A stretch of 42,622 bases of DNA, from IMG/VR virus record IMGVR_UViG_3300008004_000018, positions 1 through 42,622 of that record. One strand, 5' to 3'. Both the position numbers and the translations under genes were made by a program. The notes under the pieces were generated by a model. It worked only from the letters and a program-made list of their open reading frames with translations, was not told where the DNA came from and made no database searches. Of this stretch, positions 28,096 through 36,977 are shown piece by piece. The stretch's first letter is position 1. The number at the start of each line of letters is the position of its first letter. This stretch comes from a virus. Lineage: Duplodnaviria > Caudoviricetes.

Positions 28096-29040
28096 TTATG
28101 AGCCGAATCTGCTTCGTCGTCTGTTTACTAGGAGGCTGTTTTGTTGTACTGCTTTGCGGCCAGGAGCCTCTATCCTAGCATCTAGTATGTTTAATAGTCT
28201 CTGCTCTAGCTTCTGTAATCTAGCGGCTGCATTCTTAAGCCCTTCAGTGTCGCCTATAGACTCTAGCACCTTGCAAGTGACTGCTTGTTCTAGGATAGGG
28301 ATTACGTCTGTAGGAATCTGAGGTGTAGGGGCTTCTCCAGCTGAGCATACATAGTCTCCTACTTGTAATTCAGAGGGCAGTGCTGTAGAGGTAGTAATAG
28401 TCTTGTTTCCTGTACTAACAGACGCAACGCTAATATCGAAATCATAAATCTCTTGGTTAGCTACTGCTTTAACAAAGTCAACGGATGAGGAGCTAGTTAT
28501 GTTAGTTGGGAATCTGCTTACAGTAACGGTGTTGGTGTCGGTATCTATAGCCGTAATAGTACCTACTCTAGAAGTTAGTACCAAATCATTAGGTCTAAGG
28601 TAGTAATACACTCTGAGAGTACCTACAGACGCTTCGCGCTTAGCTAGTACGATCTTATTGGACTTTAGGTAGTAACCTCTGCTATATGAAGACTCATAAT
28701 ACCCGTCCCCTGAACCGTCAATGTAATCTAGCGGTACGTTTGGTAGAGCCGCACGCTCACCGCCTTGGTTATCTAACGGCTTGATGATACGAACTCGCAT
28801 ACCAATGGCACGATATGGTAAGTCATATTCAAGGGTGTTTTGGTTAACCGCGACATCTGTGTAAGTAAGGAAGAACTCCTCACGAGTGCTGAGGATTAGC
28901 GGAACCATGTTCTCGTCTATTTCCTCGTTAGCAAAACGTAGAATATCCTCATCCGTGATGTTACCGCTAGAGTCAGGTATAGAGGCCCGGTTTCGGACAC
29001 TCGTTACTAGATCGTCAACTGTGTATTTCTTGCCAGCCAT
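28096..29040 (-). CDS. Head-to-tail adaptor (tail tubular A-like)
   Basis: TVDDLVTSVRNRA, ILRFANE, YDLP and LRVYYYLRP pattern; immediately precedes the nozzle gene. Confidence 0.68.
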   Translation of the reverse strand: MAGKKYTVDDLVTSVRNRASIPDSSGNITDEDILRFANEEIDENMVPLILSTREEFFLTYTDVAVNQNTLEYDLPYRAIGMRVRIIKPLDNQGGERAALPNVPLDYIDGSGDGYYESSYSRGYYLKSNKIVLAKREASVGTLRVYYYLRPNDLVLTSRVGTITAIDTDTNTVTVSRFPTNITSSSSVDFVKAVANQEIYDFDISVASVSTGNKTITTSTALPSELQVGDYVCSAGEAPTPQIPTDVIPILEQAVTCKVLESIGDTEGLKNAAARLQKLEQRLLNILDARIEAPGRKAVQQNSLLVNRRRSRFGS

Positions 29041-29059
29041 TTAGACCTCCTGTTAGGTC

Positions 29060-29350
29060 TTAAAGGCCCAGCATTTTTTTAATACGAGCTTTCTCGTCGT
29101 CTTCTTCATCGTCTTCGCTGAGTTCTTCAACACTAGATAGAGCTTGGAGGTCGTCTTCTTCTTCCATATCATCCATGTCTTCAGCCATCATTTCCATAGC
29201 TTCTTCTTTAGGCATACGTTGCATGTCGAGTTCAGCTACTAGAGCCTCGTCTTCATCCATGTTCTTCATCATTGCTTCGCTAGCAAGCTTCTTGATGGCC
29301 TTAAGGACATCCTTCTGTGCTTGCATACTTACGTCTAATCCTTTTTTCAT
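29060..29350 (-). CDS. Small acidic hypothetical protein
   Basis: 96 aa rich in D/E/M, with RBS. Confidence 0.65.
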   Translation of the reverse strand: MKKGLDVSMQAQKDVLKAIKKLASEAMMKNMDEDEALVAELDMQRMPKEEAMEMMAEDMDDMEEEDDLQALSSVEELSEDDEEDDEKARIKKMLGL

Positions 29351-29363
29351 GGTCTATCCTTCC

Positions 29364-29897
29364 TTATACCGCAGCTTCGCCGAATACAGAGGAGCGTACA
29401 GTTCCAAGAGTTCCGCCAGCTAGAGTTCCAGCACTTGCAGTGATAGTAGTGTCGCCTACTAGAGTGATAAGGTTACTAGCTACGCCAAGCTCAACAGCAG
29501 TTACAGTAACTACAGCTCCCACCGCAGCAGCGGTTACGTACAAGGATAGTGTGGGGTGTGCACTGATAATAGCTGCAAGACTAGTAGCTGTATCTGCATC
29601 AGTAGCTCCTACTTCAAACTGTACGTTAGTAGCTGGGGCGTCCTTAGCGGTAAGCGTAACCCCTGCAATAACGCAAGTATCGTTCTCAACTACAGTATCA
29701 AGAGTAAGGGTGCCGGAAGCTTTTACAGGAGATACATTTACGTCAATCTGACCATGTGTAGAGCCAGCTTGGAGCTTCTTAATATAGTTCTTGATCTTTT
29801 GAGCTTGTCTTTGAGGATTACCTGCTCCTGATAATGCGTCGTCCTCTAGCTGAGCTTGAGACTCGTTAGTTCTTAGGGTTATTTGTAATAGTGCCAT
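29364..29897 (-). CDS. Virion structural protein (beta-rich, sheath-domain-like)
   Basis: KASGTLTL, TATSLAAII and VTAAAVGAVVTVTA patterns; AAGGAG RBS. Confidence 0.6.
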   Translation of the reverse strand: MALLQITLRTNESQAQLEDDALSGAGNPQRQAQKIKNYIKKLQAGSTHGQIDVNVSPVKASGTLTLDTVVENDTCVIAGVTLTAKDAPATNVQFEVGATDADTATSLAAIISAHPTLSLYVTAAAVGAVVTVTAVELGVASNLITLVGDTTITASAGTLAGGTLGTVRSSVFGEAAV

Positions 29898-29944
29898 TTG
29901 CTATCTCCTTGTAGTTGGCTTATTAGCCTTAGTTAATGGTTTGT

Positions 29945-30139
29945 TTATGAGCCTATTATTAATCCTAGGATGAGTAAGCTCTGTAATACGAGTAACACTT
30001 TGTATTTAATAGGTAATCTGCGCTCTATCTTGATTCTAGTGACTTCAACGGTAACGGGGATCTGCTTCTCAATAGCTCCAGTGTCTTTATTCTTCTTAAC
30101 TGGTAAGACAGTTACGCCTTTACTTTCCTTGCTCATCAC
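29945..30139 (-). CDS. Small membrane protein
   Basis: C-terminal hydrophobic helix VLLVLQSLLILGLIIG. Confidence 0.55.
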   Translation of the reverse strand: MMSKESKGVTVLPVKKNKDTGAIEKQIPVTVEVTRIKIERRLPIKYKVLLVLQSLLILGLIIGS

Positions 30140-30359
30140 TACTATCCTTAGTATTTCCTAGGTTACGCCTTAGTACATAAATAGCACCGAGCGCTGAAAT
30201 TGCGGCTCCATACTCTACCCCGTTAAATTGTTCTACGGTTAAATCGCCTATAGTAATACCAGATAGTAGGAGCTTAGCAGTAGCTGCTAGAAAGCCTATA
30301 ATAAACGCAGTATGTGTTACTGAGGGCTTACCAGTGGAATCTTTTATTAGGTACTTCAT
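30120..30359 (-). CDS. Holin-like two-TM membrane protein
   Basis: 79 aa with two hydrophobic segments and a charged C-terminal tail. Confidence 0.5.
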   Translation of the reverse strand: MKYLIKDSTGKPSVTHTAFIIGFLAATAKLLLSGITIGDLTVEQFNGVEYGAAISALGAIYVLRRNLGNTKDSSDEQGK

Positions 30360-30363
30360 GGAA

Positions 30364-30714
30364 TTACGATTCCCAAGTAGCCGATACAGTAACTTGACTG
30401 TTGTTTTGATCGACTCGTCTAATCTCTAGCTCATTAGCATTAGTGATGCCGCGAAAGGTAAACAAGGTAGCTGTTGGTATTTGGAACCCCGCTCCTGCGC
30501 CGCCTTTTCGTACTTCAATTGTCTGCCCTGTTTGATTAGAGATTGTTAGCTGATTGCAGGCTTGGTCTGCGAAGGCTGCCCAATCAGACCCTACTGCTGC
30601 GGTCTGGGCAGTTAAAACTCCAGAAGCGTCTACGGCAGTAGTTACGCGTAATCGCCGGGCGGTGTTATCATATGATAGTTTGATTGCTTGGTTTGCGTCT
30701 AATCTTCCGGCCAT
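30364..30714 (-). CDS. Small beta-rich virion-associated protein
   Basis: LDANQAIK..YD start and alternating beta-strand pattern. Confidence 0.55.
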   Translation of the reverse strand: MAGRLDANQAIKLSYDNTARRLRVTTAVDASGVLTAQTAAVGSDWAAFADQACNQLTISNQTGQTIEVRKGGAGAGFQIPTATLFTFRGITNANELEIRRVDQNNSQVTVSATWES

Positions 30715-30774
30715 GTTAAATAGATTCCTTCTATTCTGTACGCATAAGCGTAGGTTGGTACTAAATTGTACGGG

Positions 30775-31050
30775 CTATTTGTTGGTATCCGCTTTATAGT
30801 CCTCGGCTAGCCACTTACCCTCTGGGCAGGACTCTTGCTTTAGCTTAGTCTTAGCTGAGAGAAAACATTTACAGACCCCACACTGGTTGGTGAGGGCTAT
30901 GCGCTTAGGGCATCCATTGCAGATATCCTGACGAGCTTTAGCTGTTTCTTCGCTGACGTATTGATCTACCCCGGTAGCTGCGTTTTTAGCGGCTTTAAAC
31001 AGGCTTTTAAGGCCACTCTTTAGTACGGAGTACTTCTTGTCATCCGGCAC
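30775..31050 (-). CDS. Cys-rich small protein
   Basis: R..ICxxC...CxxCxC...K......CPxGKW, a recurrent phage metal-binding family. Confidence 0.75.
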   Translation of the reverse strand: MPDDKKYSVLKSGLKSLFKAAKNAATGVDQYVSEETAKARQDICNGCPKRIALTNQCGVCKCFLSAKTKLKQESCPEGKWLAEDYKADTNK

Positions 31051-31498
31051 GATTTAACGCCTCTAAGACCCCTTGTAGGCCCTGTAAATCAGCGCCATCG
31101 ATACCCCCGCAATGTCCATACTCGTTTTCAGGGGATTGCTCTTCTTTAACGAATACGTAGAACATAGGGGCTACGATTTTAGGGGACTTGACTGGTACTC
31201 CTAGGTCATCTAGCAAGACCTTGGTTAGGATGTTCCCCGCTGCGTCTTGAACTGGAGTACCTTTATCGTCAGTTTCTGGTACTACAGTGTCTTGAGTGTC
31301 TGCATATTGAGTGTAGAACTCCATGATCTTGTTTAGATCTGCTTGGAAGAAGTTAATGTTGCCATACGTCTCAGAGAACTGCTGATAAGGCTTCTTAGCC
31401 ATCTCACAAGCCTGACAGCCTGGCATATATACTAGGAGTACCGATACGGTAGCTTCTTTTAGAGCCGATAAGTTAGCTTGGTCTACTTCTTTTATCAT
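31040..31498 (-). CDS. Thioredoxin-like protein
   Basis: LLVYMPGCQACEMAKKPY CxxC site, INFFQAD, and cis-Pro-like VAPMFYVF after an insertion. Confidence 0.75.
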   Translation of the reverse strand: MIKEVDQANLSALKEATVSVLLVYMPGCQACEMAKKPYQQFSETYGNINFFQADLNKIMEFYTQYADTQDTVVPETDDKGTPVQDAAGNILTKVLLDDLGVPVKSPKIVAPMFYVFVKEEQSPENEYGHCGGIDGADLQGLQGVLEALNRAG

Positions 31499-31506
31499 AC
31501 CGATCT

Positions 31507-31535
31507 AGTATAGCATACCAGAGAGGCTCTGTCAA
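31507..31535 (-). promoter_or_regulatory. Sigma70-type promoter, near-leaderless
   Basis: TTGACA-N17-TATACT with TGn, then 8 nt to the ATG. Confidence 0.72.
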
Positions 31536-31587
31536 GCACTAGCACACGAGGCTAGCGTGATGATTAGGATTGCGTATAGGGTTTTCA

Positions 31588-33465
31588 TTAGTTTGGCCCC
31601 TGACATAAAATGTAAAATTCGTTATCGGTACATGCGTTTGTTGAGGACCCTGTTTGAGACACGCATCCGATAGAAGCAGCAGTGGGGCTTGTAATATTTA
31701 TATGCGCACTTCTAATAGTTGTTGTTTCCGTCGTGTTGACACTGGGAACACAGGTAGGGTTTCCAGAATATGTTCCAACGGGGAAAGTAATGGCACACCT
31801 GTTGCCCGATATATTCCCTACAGTCACCCCATCGATAGAAGTTTCTTGAATTGCGGAGCTTGAAGAGCAGTTCAGTTTAATCCTATCTGTTTTCTCCACC
31901 CCCTCACTGCTAGTAGTCACCGCCTGCTTAAGCAAAGGAGCGGGAGTGTGCGCGTTCCAAATACAGCCAGTCATTGCTATGTTTGAAGGGTATGTTTCGG
32001 CTGCTGTTCTTGGCGTTCCGTTTGAACCATCTGATGATGGTGATGTAATAGCTACGTTTGAGGTAGCTCCACCAGTTGTGGCGTTGGCGACATATGCGTC
32101 TGTTCTAATGCCAAGATTTGATGCTCCAGCAAAATAAGAAGCCCCACCTTGCTGCCATGTATGACTGTGAGGTGTTTCTGATTTGTTGTGATAGTGACCT
32201 TGAAGACGATCCTCAGTCACATCACCAAGTGCAGAACCTCCCTTCGATCTACCGTTAATGGTCTGACTACCAGTACCTCGAACAAACACACCTTCAAGAT
32301 TCGGCAAGTTAAAAGTAGTCGATCCATCGCCAACACCAAAAGTTGTACCGATCACATTAAATAAAGTCGCGTATGTTGAGCGAGATACCGCGCTTCCGTC
32401 TGCCTTTAAAGAGTTTGCGGGGCACGTTGACTTTGCAGAGTAGAACACCGTTCCCATTACGTCTGCGGTTTGCCCAATCTTCTGCACCTGCGAGGATGCG
32501 GAGGGGAAGCGTTTGATTTGTAGGTATGAAGTGTTCCCGGACGCCTGCCCTTCCATAGTCAGAGTAGAGGACGAGTTATTACCTGAACCAAAAAACCTAA
32601 AGCCAGCACTGAACCCGGCATCAATATCCGATTGTTTTACCTCAAACTCACATTCAACAGATCGCGTTAAATTTTCCCCGGCTTGAGGCGTATCGCGCTG
32701 CCCTCTACAAAGATCAGTACTGCTATTGTAATCAAAGAAAGAAACGTAGTAGGTCGAATTTAATACGTTACTTGGAGAAATAGACGCTATGGCATATACG
32801 TTATATTTACCTGGTCTTTTCGGTTCAAATCTATATGTAGAAGTATTCCACTCCCCATAGTTGTCCCAATTTTCGGCATTTAACTCCAAAGCAACATATG
32901 ATGCATTTGTGTTGATTCCAGTCTGGGGCGTGGATGCATAGGCTCTTATTATACTCTCAGCCTGAGCCACAGTCCCCAAGTTAGTAGCCTCGCCTATGTA
33001 GAAATTACCAGCGTTAAAAGCAGCCGCAGCGTTATCAGTAGCTTCGATTACAACAGCAGGTACAGCAGTGCCGCTAGAATAACATGGGAAGTTAAATGAT
33101 ATAGCTTGAGTACCAGAGGATACATTAGTAAGCTGCTGCTCTTGAGATACAACAGTAGAGTCTGTCTGGACATAAGCCTTGTATAACGACGCGTCTCCGA
33201 AATAGTCGAACTTAGCTTCACAATTCTTGCCTTGTACTTCTTTAGTAAAAGCACTAGCTAAGAACAGAGCCTTTTCACCGCTAGCATCAGCATTAATAGC
33301 AAAAGAGCTTACGCCATCTAGTGTGTTCGTAGTATCCCTAGTTACAATGCTATCAGAGTCAGTAACATTGGCTATATTCTTAGATGCCTTAGGGTTTAGT
33401 ATAAAATTCCTAGGTGAATTAATACCTTGGATATATGATGCTAATAATTGCCTGTTGGAACTCAT
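31588..33465 (-). CDS. Tail fibre/receptor-binding protein with phage tail-collar domain
   Basis: GTVFY...CPANSLKADGSAVSRSTYATLFNVIGTTFGVGDGSTTFNLPNLEGVFVRG collar motif, His-rich QGHYH..HSH tip motif, and a C1q-like FEPKRPGKYNV segment. Confidence 0.88.
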   Translation of the reverse strand: MSSNRQLLASYIQGINSPRNFILNPKASKNIANVTDSDSIVTRDTTNTLDGVSSFAINADASGEKALFLASAFTKEVQGKNCEAKFDYFGDASLYKAYVQTDSTVVSQEQQLTNVSSGTQAISFNFPCYSSGTAVPAVVIEATDNAAAAFNAGNFYIGEATNLGTVAQAESIIRAYASTPQTGINTNASYVALELNAENWDNYGEWNTSTYRFEPKRPGKYNVYAIASISPSNVLNSTYYVSFFDYNSSTDLCRGQRDTPQAGENLTRSVECEFEVKQSDIDAGFSAGFRFFGSGNNSSSTLTMEGQASGNTSYLQIKRFPSASSQVQKIGQTADVMGTVFYSAKSTCPANSLKADGSAVSRSTYATLFNVIGTTFGVGDGSTTFNLPNLEGVFVRGTGSQTINGRSKGGSALGDVTEDRLQGHYHNKSETPHSHTWQQGGASYFAGASNLGIRTDAYVANATTGGATSNVAITSPSSDGSNGTPRTAAETYPSNIAMTGCIWNAHTPAPLLKQAVTTSSEGVEKTDRIKLNCSSSSAIQETSIDGVTVGNISGNRCAITFPVGTYSGNPTCVPSVNTTETTTIRSAHINITSPTAASIGCVSQTGSSTNACTDNEFYILCQGPN

Positions 33466-35369
33466 TAAATGTTATCCTCTCTCGCAGAAAGTCTCCAAAG
33501 AGACGCGCTGTCATCCCAGCGTAATGTTAGAATAGCGCCAGCATATGAAACCCATGAACCGCTCATAGCGATACCATTACCATCTTCAAGTAAAATAGCG
33601 TTATCATCAGAAGTGCCTATGACGCGTAGAGTCTGTCCATCAACAGTACCAGCACTTATCTGCGGGTTAGTCGTAACATCTACAATACCGCTAGCTGTGT
33701 CAACGTAGATATCCTCGTCAGTCCCCGCTGTGGCTGTAATGCCCGTAGCGTCTATCTCGATAGGAGCTGCTGAAGTACCTGTTACAGTTCTACCGCCGCC
33801 GCCGCCGCCTGAGCCTCCAATAACACGCCATCTAGAATCCGTAGTATCATAGAACATATAAAGACTAGCGCCGTCATCTAATCTGATATCCTGCCCGGTG
33901 CCTGTAAGAATCCTGTTAGCTGCTGTAACTATGGAACTAGACTCATTTTTAACAGTAAACGTATCACCGCCGTCATTAGTCAACACAAAGAATAAAGAAT
34001 CACTAGCTGGGGCTGTAATGCCCCCTACCTCATTAGTAAAGGAGCTTACATTGGTGAGTTTCTTAATATAAGTAGTTGGTAGAGATACCGGGTCAGAAGA
34101 TCCGTAAAGAGTATTATCCTCTTGTTGAGTGCCTTTTAGAGCTGCTTCGAAGGTGTGGGTAGCTTCTGATTTAACTTCGCCAGTGCCTGACGGCACTAAT
34201 CGTACATCAGTATTAGCGCCAGCCCCTGCTACTGCTCCATTAGTTCCAATGAAAAGATCATTAACTCTAACGAAGAGCCCATCAATATACACAGCGCCAC
34301 TTAGAGCATCAAGGGTTAAGTCTGCTCCATTTGAGTTAATAGTATCAATGTTTAACACTGCGTTCATTATAACTTTACCTGTAGCAGCAGGGTCTATCGT
34401 CAAATCTCCAGTAGAGGTAGAGATAGTATTAGCATTTAATACAATATTATCTATAACAACCTCAGTGGCTGTTAAGTTTAAATCACCTGAACTTACATCT
34501 ATCGTATAGTCTCCGCTAGAGTGTGTGTGTGTTGTAGTACCGCCATTAGTTAGTATGCTAGTTCCTGATGCAACTAGATCATTACTTAAATTAATAACTC
34601 CAGTACCGTCAGCAGTTAGGGTTAAACTGCCATTAGTATTAGTTGCTGTAATGTTATTAGAAGTGTCTATTGTAACATTAGGTAGGACTAAGTCCCCAGC
34701 CGTAACTTCTAAATCCCCAGCCGTAACTTCTACTTTAGTTGTAGGCGCTAGGTTGATTGCGGCAGAGCTTTCTACTGAAAGCGTTCCTGCTGTAGACTCT
34801 AAGGTACTAGCTCCACCGTCTAGTGTGATAGTATCACCTGATACTACTAAATCGCTATCAATGTCTACATTACCGCCAGCTTCTGTAGTTAATACAATGC
34901 TATCAGTGCCTGTAGTAGTAAGCTCAATAACTCCTGTAGAAGTCACTTCAGTACCAGTTACAGATAAATCTCCTAGTACTACGGAACCTGTACCATCTGG
35001 TACTAAGTTAATGTCTCCGTTAGTATCTGTAGCTGTGATGCTGTTGCCAGATACTTCTAAGTTATCTACGTTCAATACTCCATTGACTGTTAGATCTTCA
35101 ACATCTAGCTCAACGTCACCGTTCATTACAATCTTACCAGTACCATTGGGGTCTAATATAAGATCGCCGTTAGTGTTGGTAGTGCTGATAGTATTACCGT
35201 CTAGTTTAATATTATCAACTTCTACTGACTCTTCGATAATTACCTTTTGCCCAGAACCTGGGTCAATAGTTAAATCACCACTAGTGTTCTCAATAGTAGA
35301 ATTTTCACCGTCTATGACGATGTTATCAGTAGTGATCTTTTTATCAATTATTCTTCCGACTTTACTCAT
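33465..35369 (-). CDS. Tail fibre-like protein with repeats
   Basis: Repeated units like DNIKLDGNTISTTNTNGDLILDPNGTGKI; poly-Gly linker before the C-terminal domain. Confidence 0.78.
   Translation of the reverse strand: MSKVGRIIDKKITTDNIVIDGENSTIENTSGDLTIDPGSGQKVIIEESVEVDNIKLDGNTISTTNTNGDLILDPNGTGKIVMNGDVELDVEDLTVNGVLNVDNLEVSGNSITATDTNGDINLVPDGTGSVVLGDLSVTGTEVTSTGVIELTTTGTDSIVLTTEAGGNVDIDSDLVVSGDTITLDGGASTLESTAGTLSVESSAAINLAPTTKVEVTAGDLEVTAGDLVLPNVTIDTSNNITATNTNGSLTLTADGTGVINLSNDLVASGTSILTNGGTTTHTHSSGDYTIDVSSGDLNLTATEVVIDNIVLNANTISTSTGDLTIDPAATGKVIMNAVLNIDTINSNGADLTLDALSGAVYIDGLFVRVNDLFIGTNGAVAGAGANTDVRLVPSGTGEVKSEATHTFEAALKGTQQEDNTLYGSSDPVSLPTTYIKKLTNVSSFTNEVGGITAPASDSLFFVLTNDGGDTFTVKNESSSIVTAANRILTGTGQDIRLDDGASLYMFYDTTDSRWRVIGGSGGGGGGRTVTGTSAAPIEIDATGITATAGTDEDIYVDTASGIVDVTTNPQISAGTVDGQTLRVIGTSDDNAILLEDGNGIAMSGSWVSYAGAILTLRWDDSASLWRLSAREDNI
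34693..34732. repeat. Tandem repeat with 21-bp period in the fibre gene
   Basis: tccccagccgtaacttcta occurs twice, encoding EVTAGDLEVTAGDL. Confidence 0.85.
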
Positions 35370-35372
35370 CGC

Positions 35373-35864
35373 TTAACTTTCTTTAGGTAGGGCGAGTGCT
35401 CGGTACTTCATTACGCCCGTGTAAGGAGTGCCGCCCATGTTATCGCTAGTGTATTGAATCTGGCCATCATTAGCGCCGCCTGAGATGATTGATAGAGTAA
35501 CTCCAGTATCATCTCCTTGGTATTCTTGTGAGAAGGTCCAGGCTGAGTTCTTATAGCGCAGGGTTAGCGTACCAGCTTCCATTAGCTCAGAGGAGCTATC
35601 ATTGCGGTATATGTAGTAGTGTACGATTGCGGCTCTAGTAACGGCTGAATCAAATAACAGTCCTGTCACGTTAGCGGCTACTGCTTGGTTATCTGAGATT
35701 ACGGCTTGAGAAGCTGTAGGAGGAGCTAAGTCGCCCGTTACTGCCACTGAAGCTAGAGCGTCTGATACCGCAATAGCCCAATCAGTGGCGTCCGTTCCCC
35801 ACTGTTCATTGTTAGAGGTGGGGTATCTATATGTTACGCCCTGTACTGTTAAATTTACGGCCAC
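35373..35864 (-). CDS. Virion structural/tail-associated protein
   Basis: 163 aa beta-rich with GQIQYTS motif; first gene of the fibre cluster. Confidence 0.65.
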   Translation of the reverse strand: MAVNLTVQGVTYRYPTSNNEQWGTDATDWAIAVSDALASVAVTGDLAPPTASQAVISDNQAVAANVTGLLFDSAVTRAAIVHYYIYRNDSSSELMEAGTLTLRYKNSAWTFSQEYQGDDTGVTLSIISGGANDGQIQYTSDNMGGTPYTGVMKYRALALPKES

Positions 35865-35943
35865 TTAAGTTTCTCCCTTTGGCTAAAGGTTGGTAATCTA
35901 GTTCTAGTGGGCTATTTGTTGTCTGGGATAGTAATAACTGGGC

Positions 35944-36336
35944 TTAGTAAGTCCAGCGCCTACGGTCCGTTCGTAGGTCTACGTGTATAAAACCTTTAGG
36001 TCTGCCGTCCCCTACGGAGTTAAAATGCTTCTCGCATAGATCGTATAGCTTATCTAGGTCGTGGCCTGTGATATCCACTGCCGTGCCTAGCATATGCTGG
36101 CTAGCCTTAGCTCCGCCTATTTTAGCATTGTGGGCTGGGCATCTATAGCCGCTAGTTACGGTGATTGGGGCTCCATACTCTTCTCTTAGCTTTTGAAGCT
36201 TCAGGATTAATTCTAAGGCGATGAAACTTACGGGGCAGCTACCACACTTACAAGTCAATTCGTGCGCACTGAAGGCAGCTGAGAGCTTCTCACGGCTATT
36301 GGGGTCTAGGGTTATATGAGTAGGCTTCTTAGACAT
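35944..36336 (-). CDS. Peptidase M15A-family endolysin
   Basis: CKCG, VTSGYRCPAHN..IGGA..SQHMLGTAVDI and FIHVDLR Zn-peptidase motifs. Confidence 0.92.
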   Translation of the reverse strand: MSKKPTHITLDPNSREKLSAAFSAHELTCKCGSCPVSFIALELILKLQKLREEYGAPITVTSGYRCPAHNAKIGGAKASQHMLGTAVDITGHDLDKLYDLCEKHFNSVGDGRPKGFIHVDLRTDRRRWTY

Positions 36337-36341
36337 GCTCC

Positions 36342-36977
36342 CTATTTGTTGGGGAAGCTATTTATCCAAGATTCTATGGTAGAAAGGCTTACCGGAGCGT
36401 AGTTGTTAGCGCACACGCCTACGTCGAATTGGCGGCCTAGAATCTTAGTCGCCTCTTTCTTATTAGGACCTGAGTGTATATGACCTGAGATATGAAATTG
36501 CCCATTGTCAGGAGTAGAGCAGGCTCTGTGCTTAGGTCTATTTTCCCCGTGCCAATTATCTGTAACAAGGTCGGCTCCTGTTTTAGTATAATTAGAAGTG
36601 TCTTCTCTATACACCCCTAGTAGTGGGCAGTGGCTTAGGGTAACTCTTTGCTTTCCGACATAAATAACAGCCCCGTGCATAACGGCGTCGAATCCGGCTT
36701 CATACATGGCATTGTAGCCTTTATCGTGGTTGCCTACGATTAGTAATTTAGTACCGTGGGTTTGACGTAAGAAGTTCTGTACTGAATGTGTATCAATGCC
36801 TACGTCGCCTAGAAAGTAAGTAATGCCGTTGGTAGGTACAGTATTGTTGAATCTAACTACCAAGGCTTCAAACATATGCTCTACGTCTTTAAACGGTCGT
36901 TTATCATATTCAATTGATCTAGCGTGGCCTAGGTGTAGATCTGCTGTGAAGAATACGGGCTTGCGTTTGTTACTCAT
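36342..36977 (-). CDS. Calcineurin-like phosphoesterase (small phage type)
   Basis: FTADLHLGH, FLGDV, GNHD, LSHCP, GHIH and FDVGV motifs. Confidence 0.9.
   Translation of the reverse strand: MSNKRKPVFFTADLHLGHARSIEYDKRPFKDVEHMFEALVVRFNNTVPTNGITYFLGDVGIDTHSVQNFLRQTHGTKLLIVGNHDKGYNAMYEAGFDAVMHGAVIYVGKQRVTLSHCPLLGVYREDTSNYTKTGADLVTDNWHGENRPKHRACSTPDNGQFHISGHIHSGPNKKEATKILGRQFDVGVCANNYAPVSLSTIESWINSFPNK

Noticed and set aside
29364-29897. Contractile tail sheath
   Set aside because: Only 177 aa, and no tube, baseplate or tape-measure genes are seen; the surrounding genes are podovirus-like.
31588-35369. Diversity-generating retroelement or invertase-driven fibre switching
   Set aside because: No reverse transcriptase, template/variable repeat pair or invertase is visible in the window.
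34525-35376. 283-aa plus-strand ORF, and the many other plus-strand ORFs antisense to long genes
   Set aside because: These are shadow frames of repetitive or codon-biased minus-strand genes, with no RBS or recognisable motifs.
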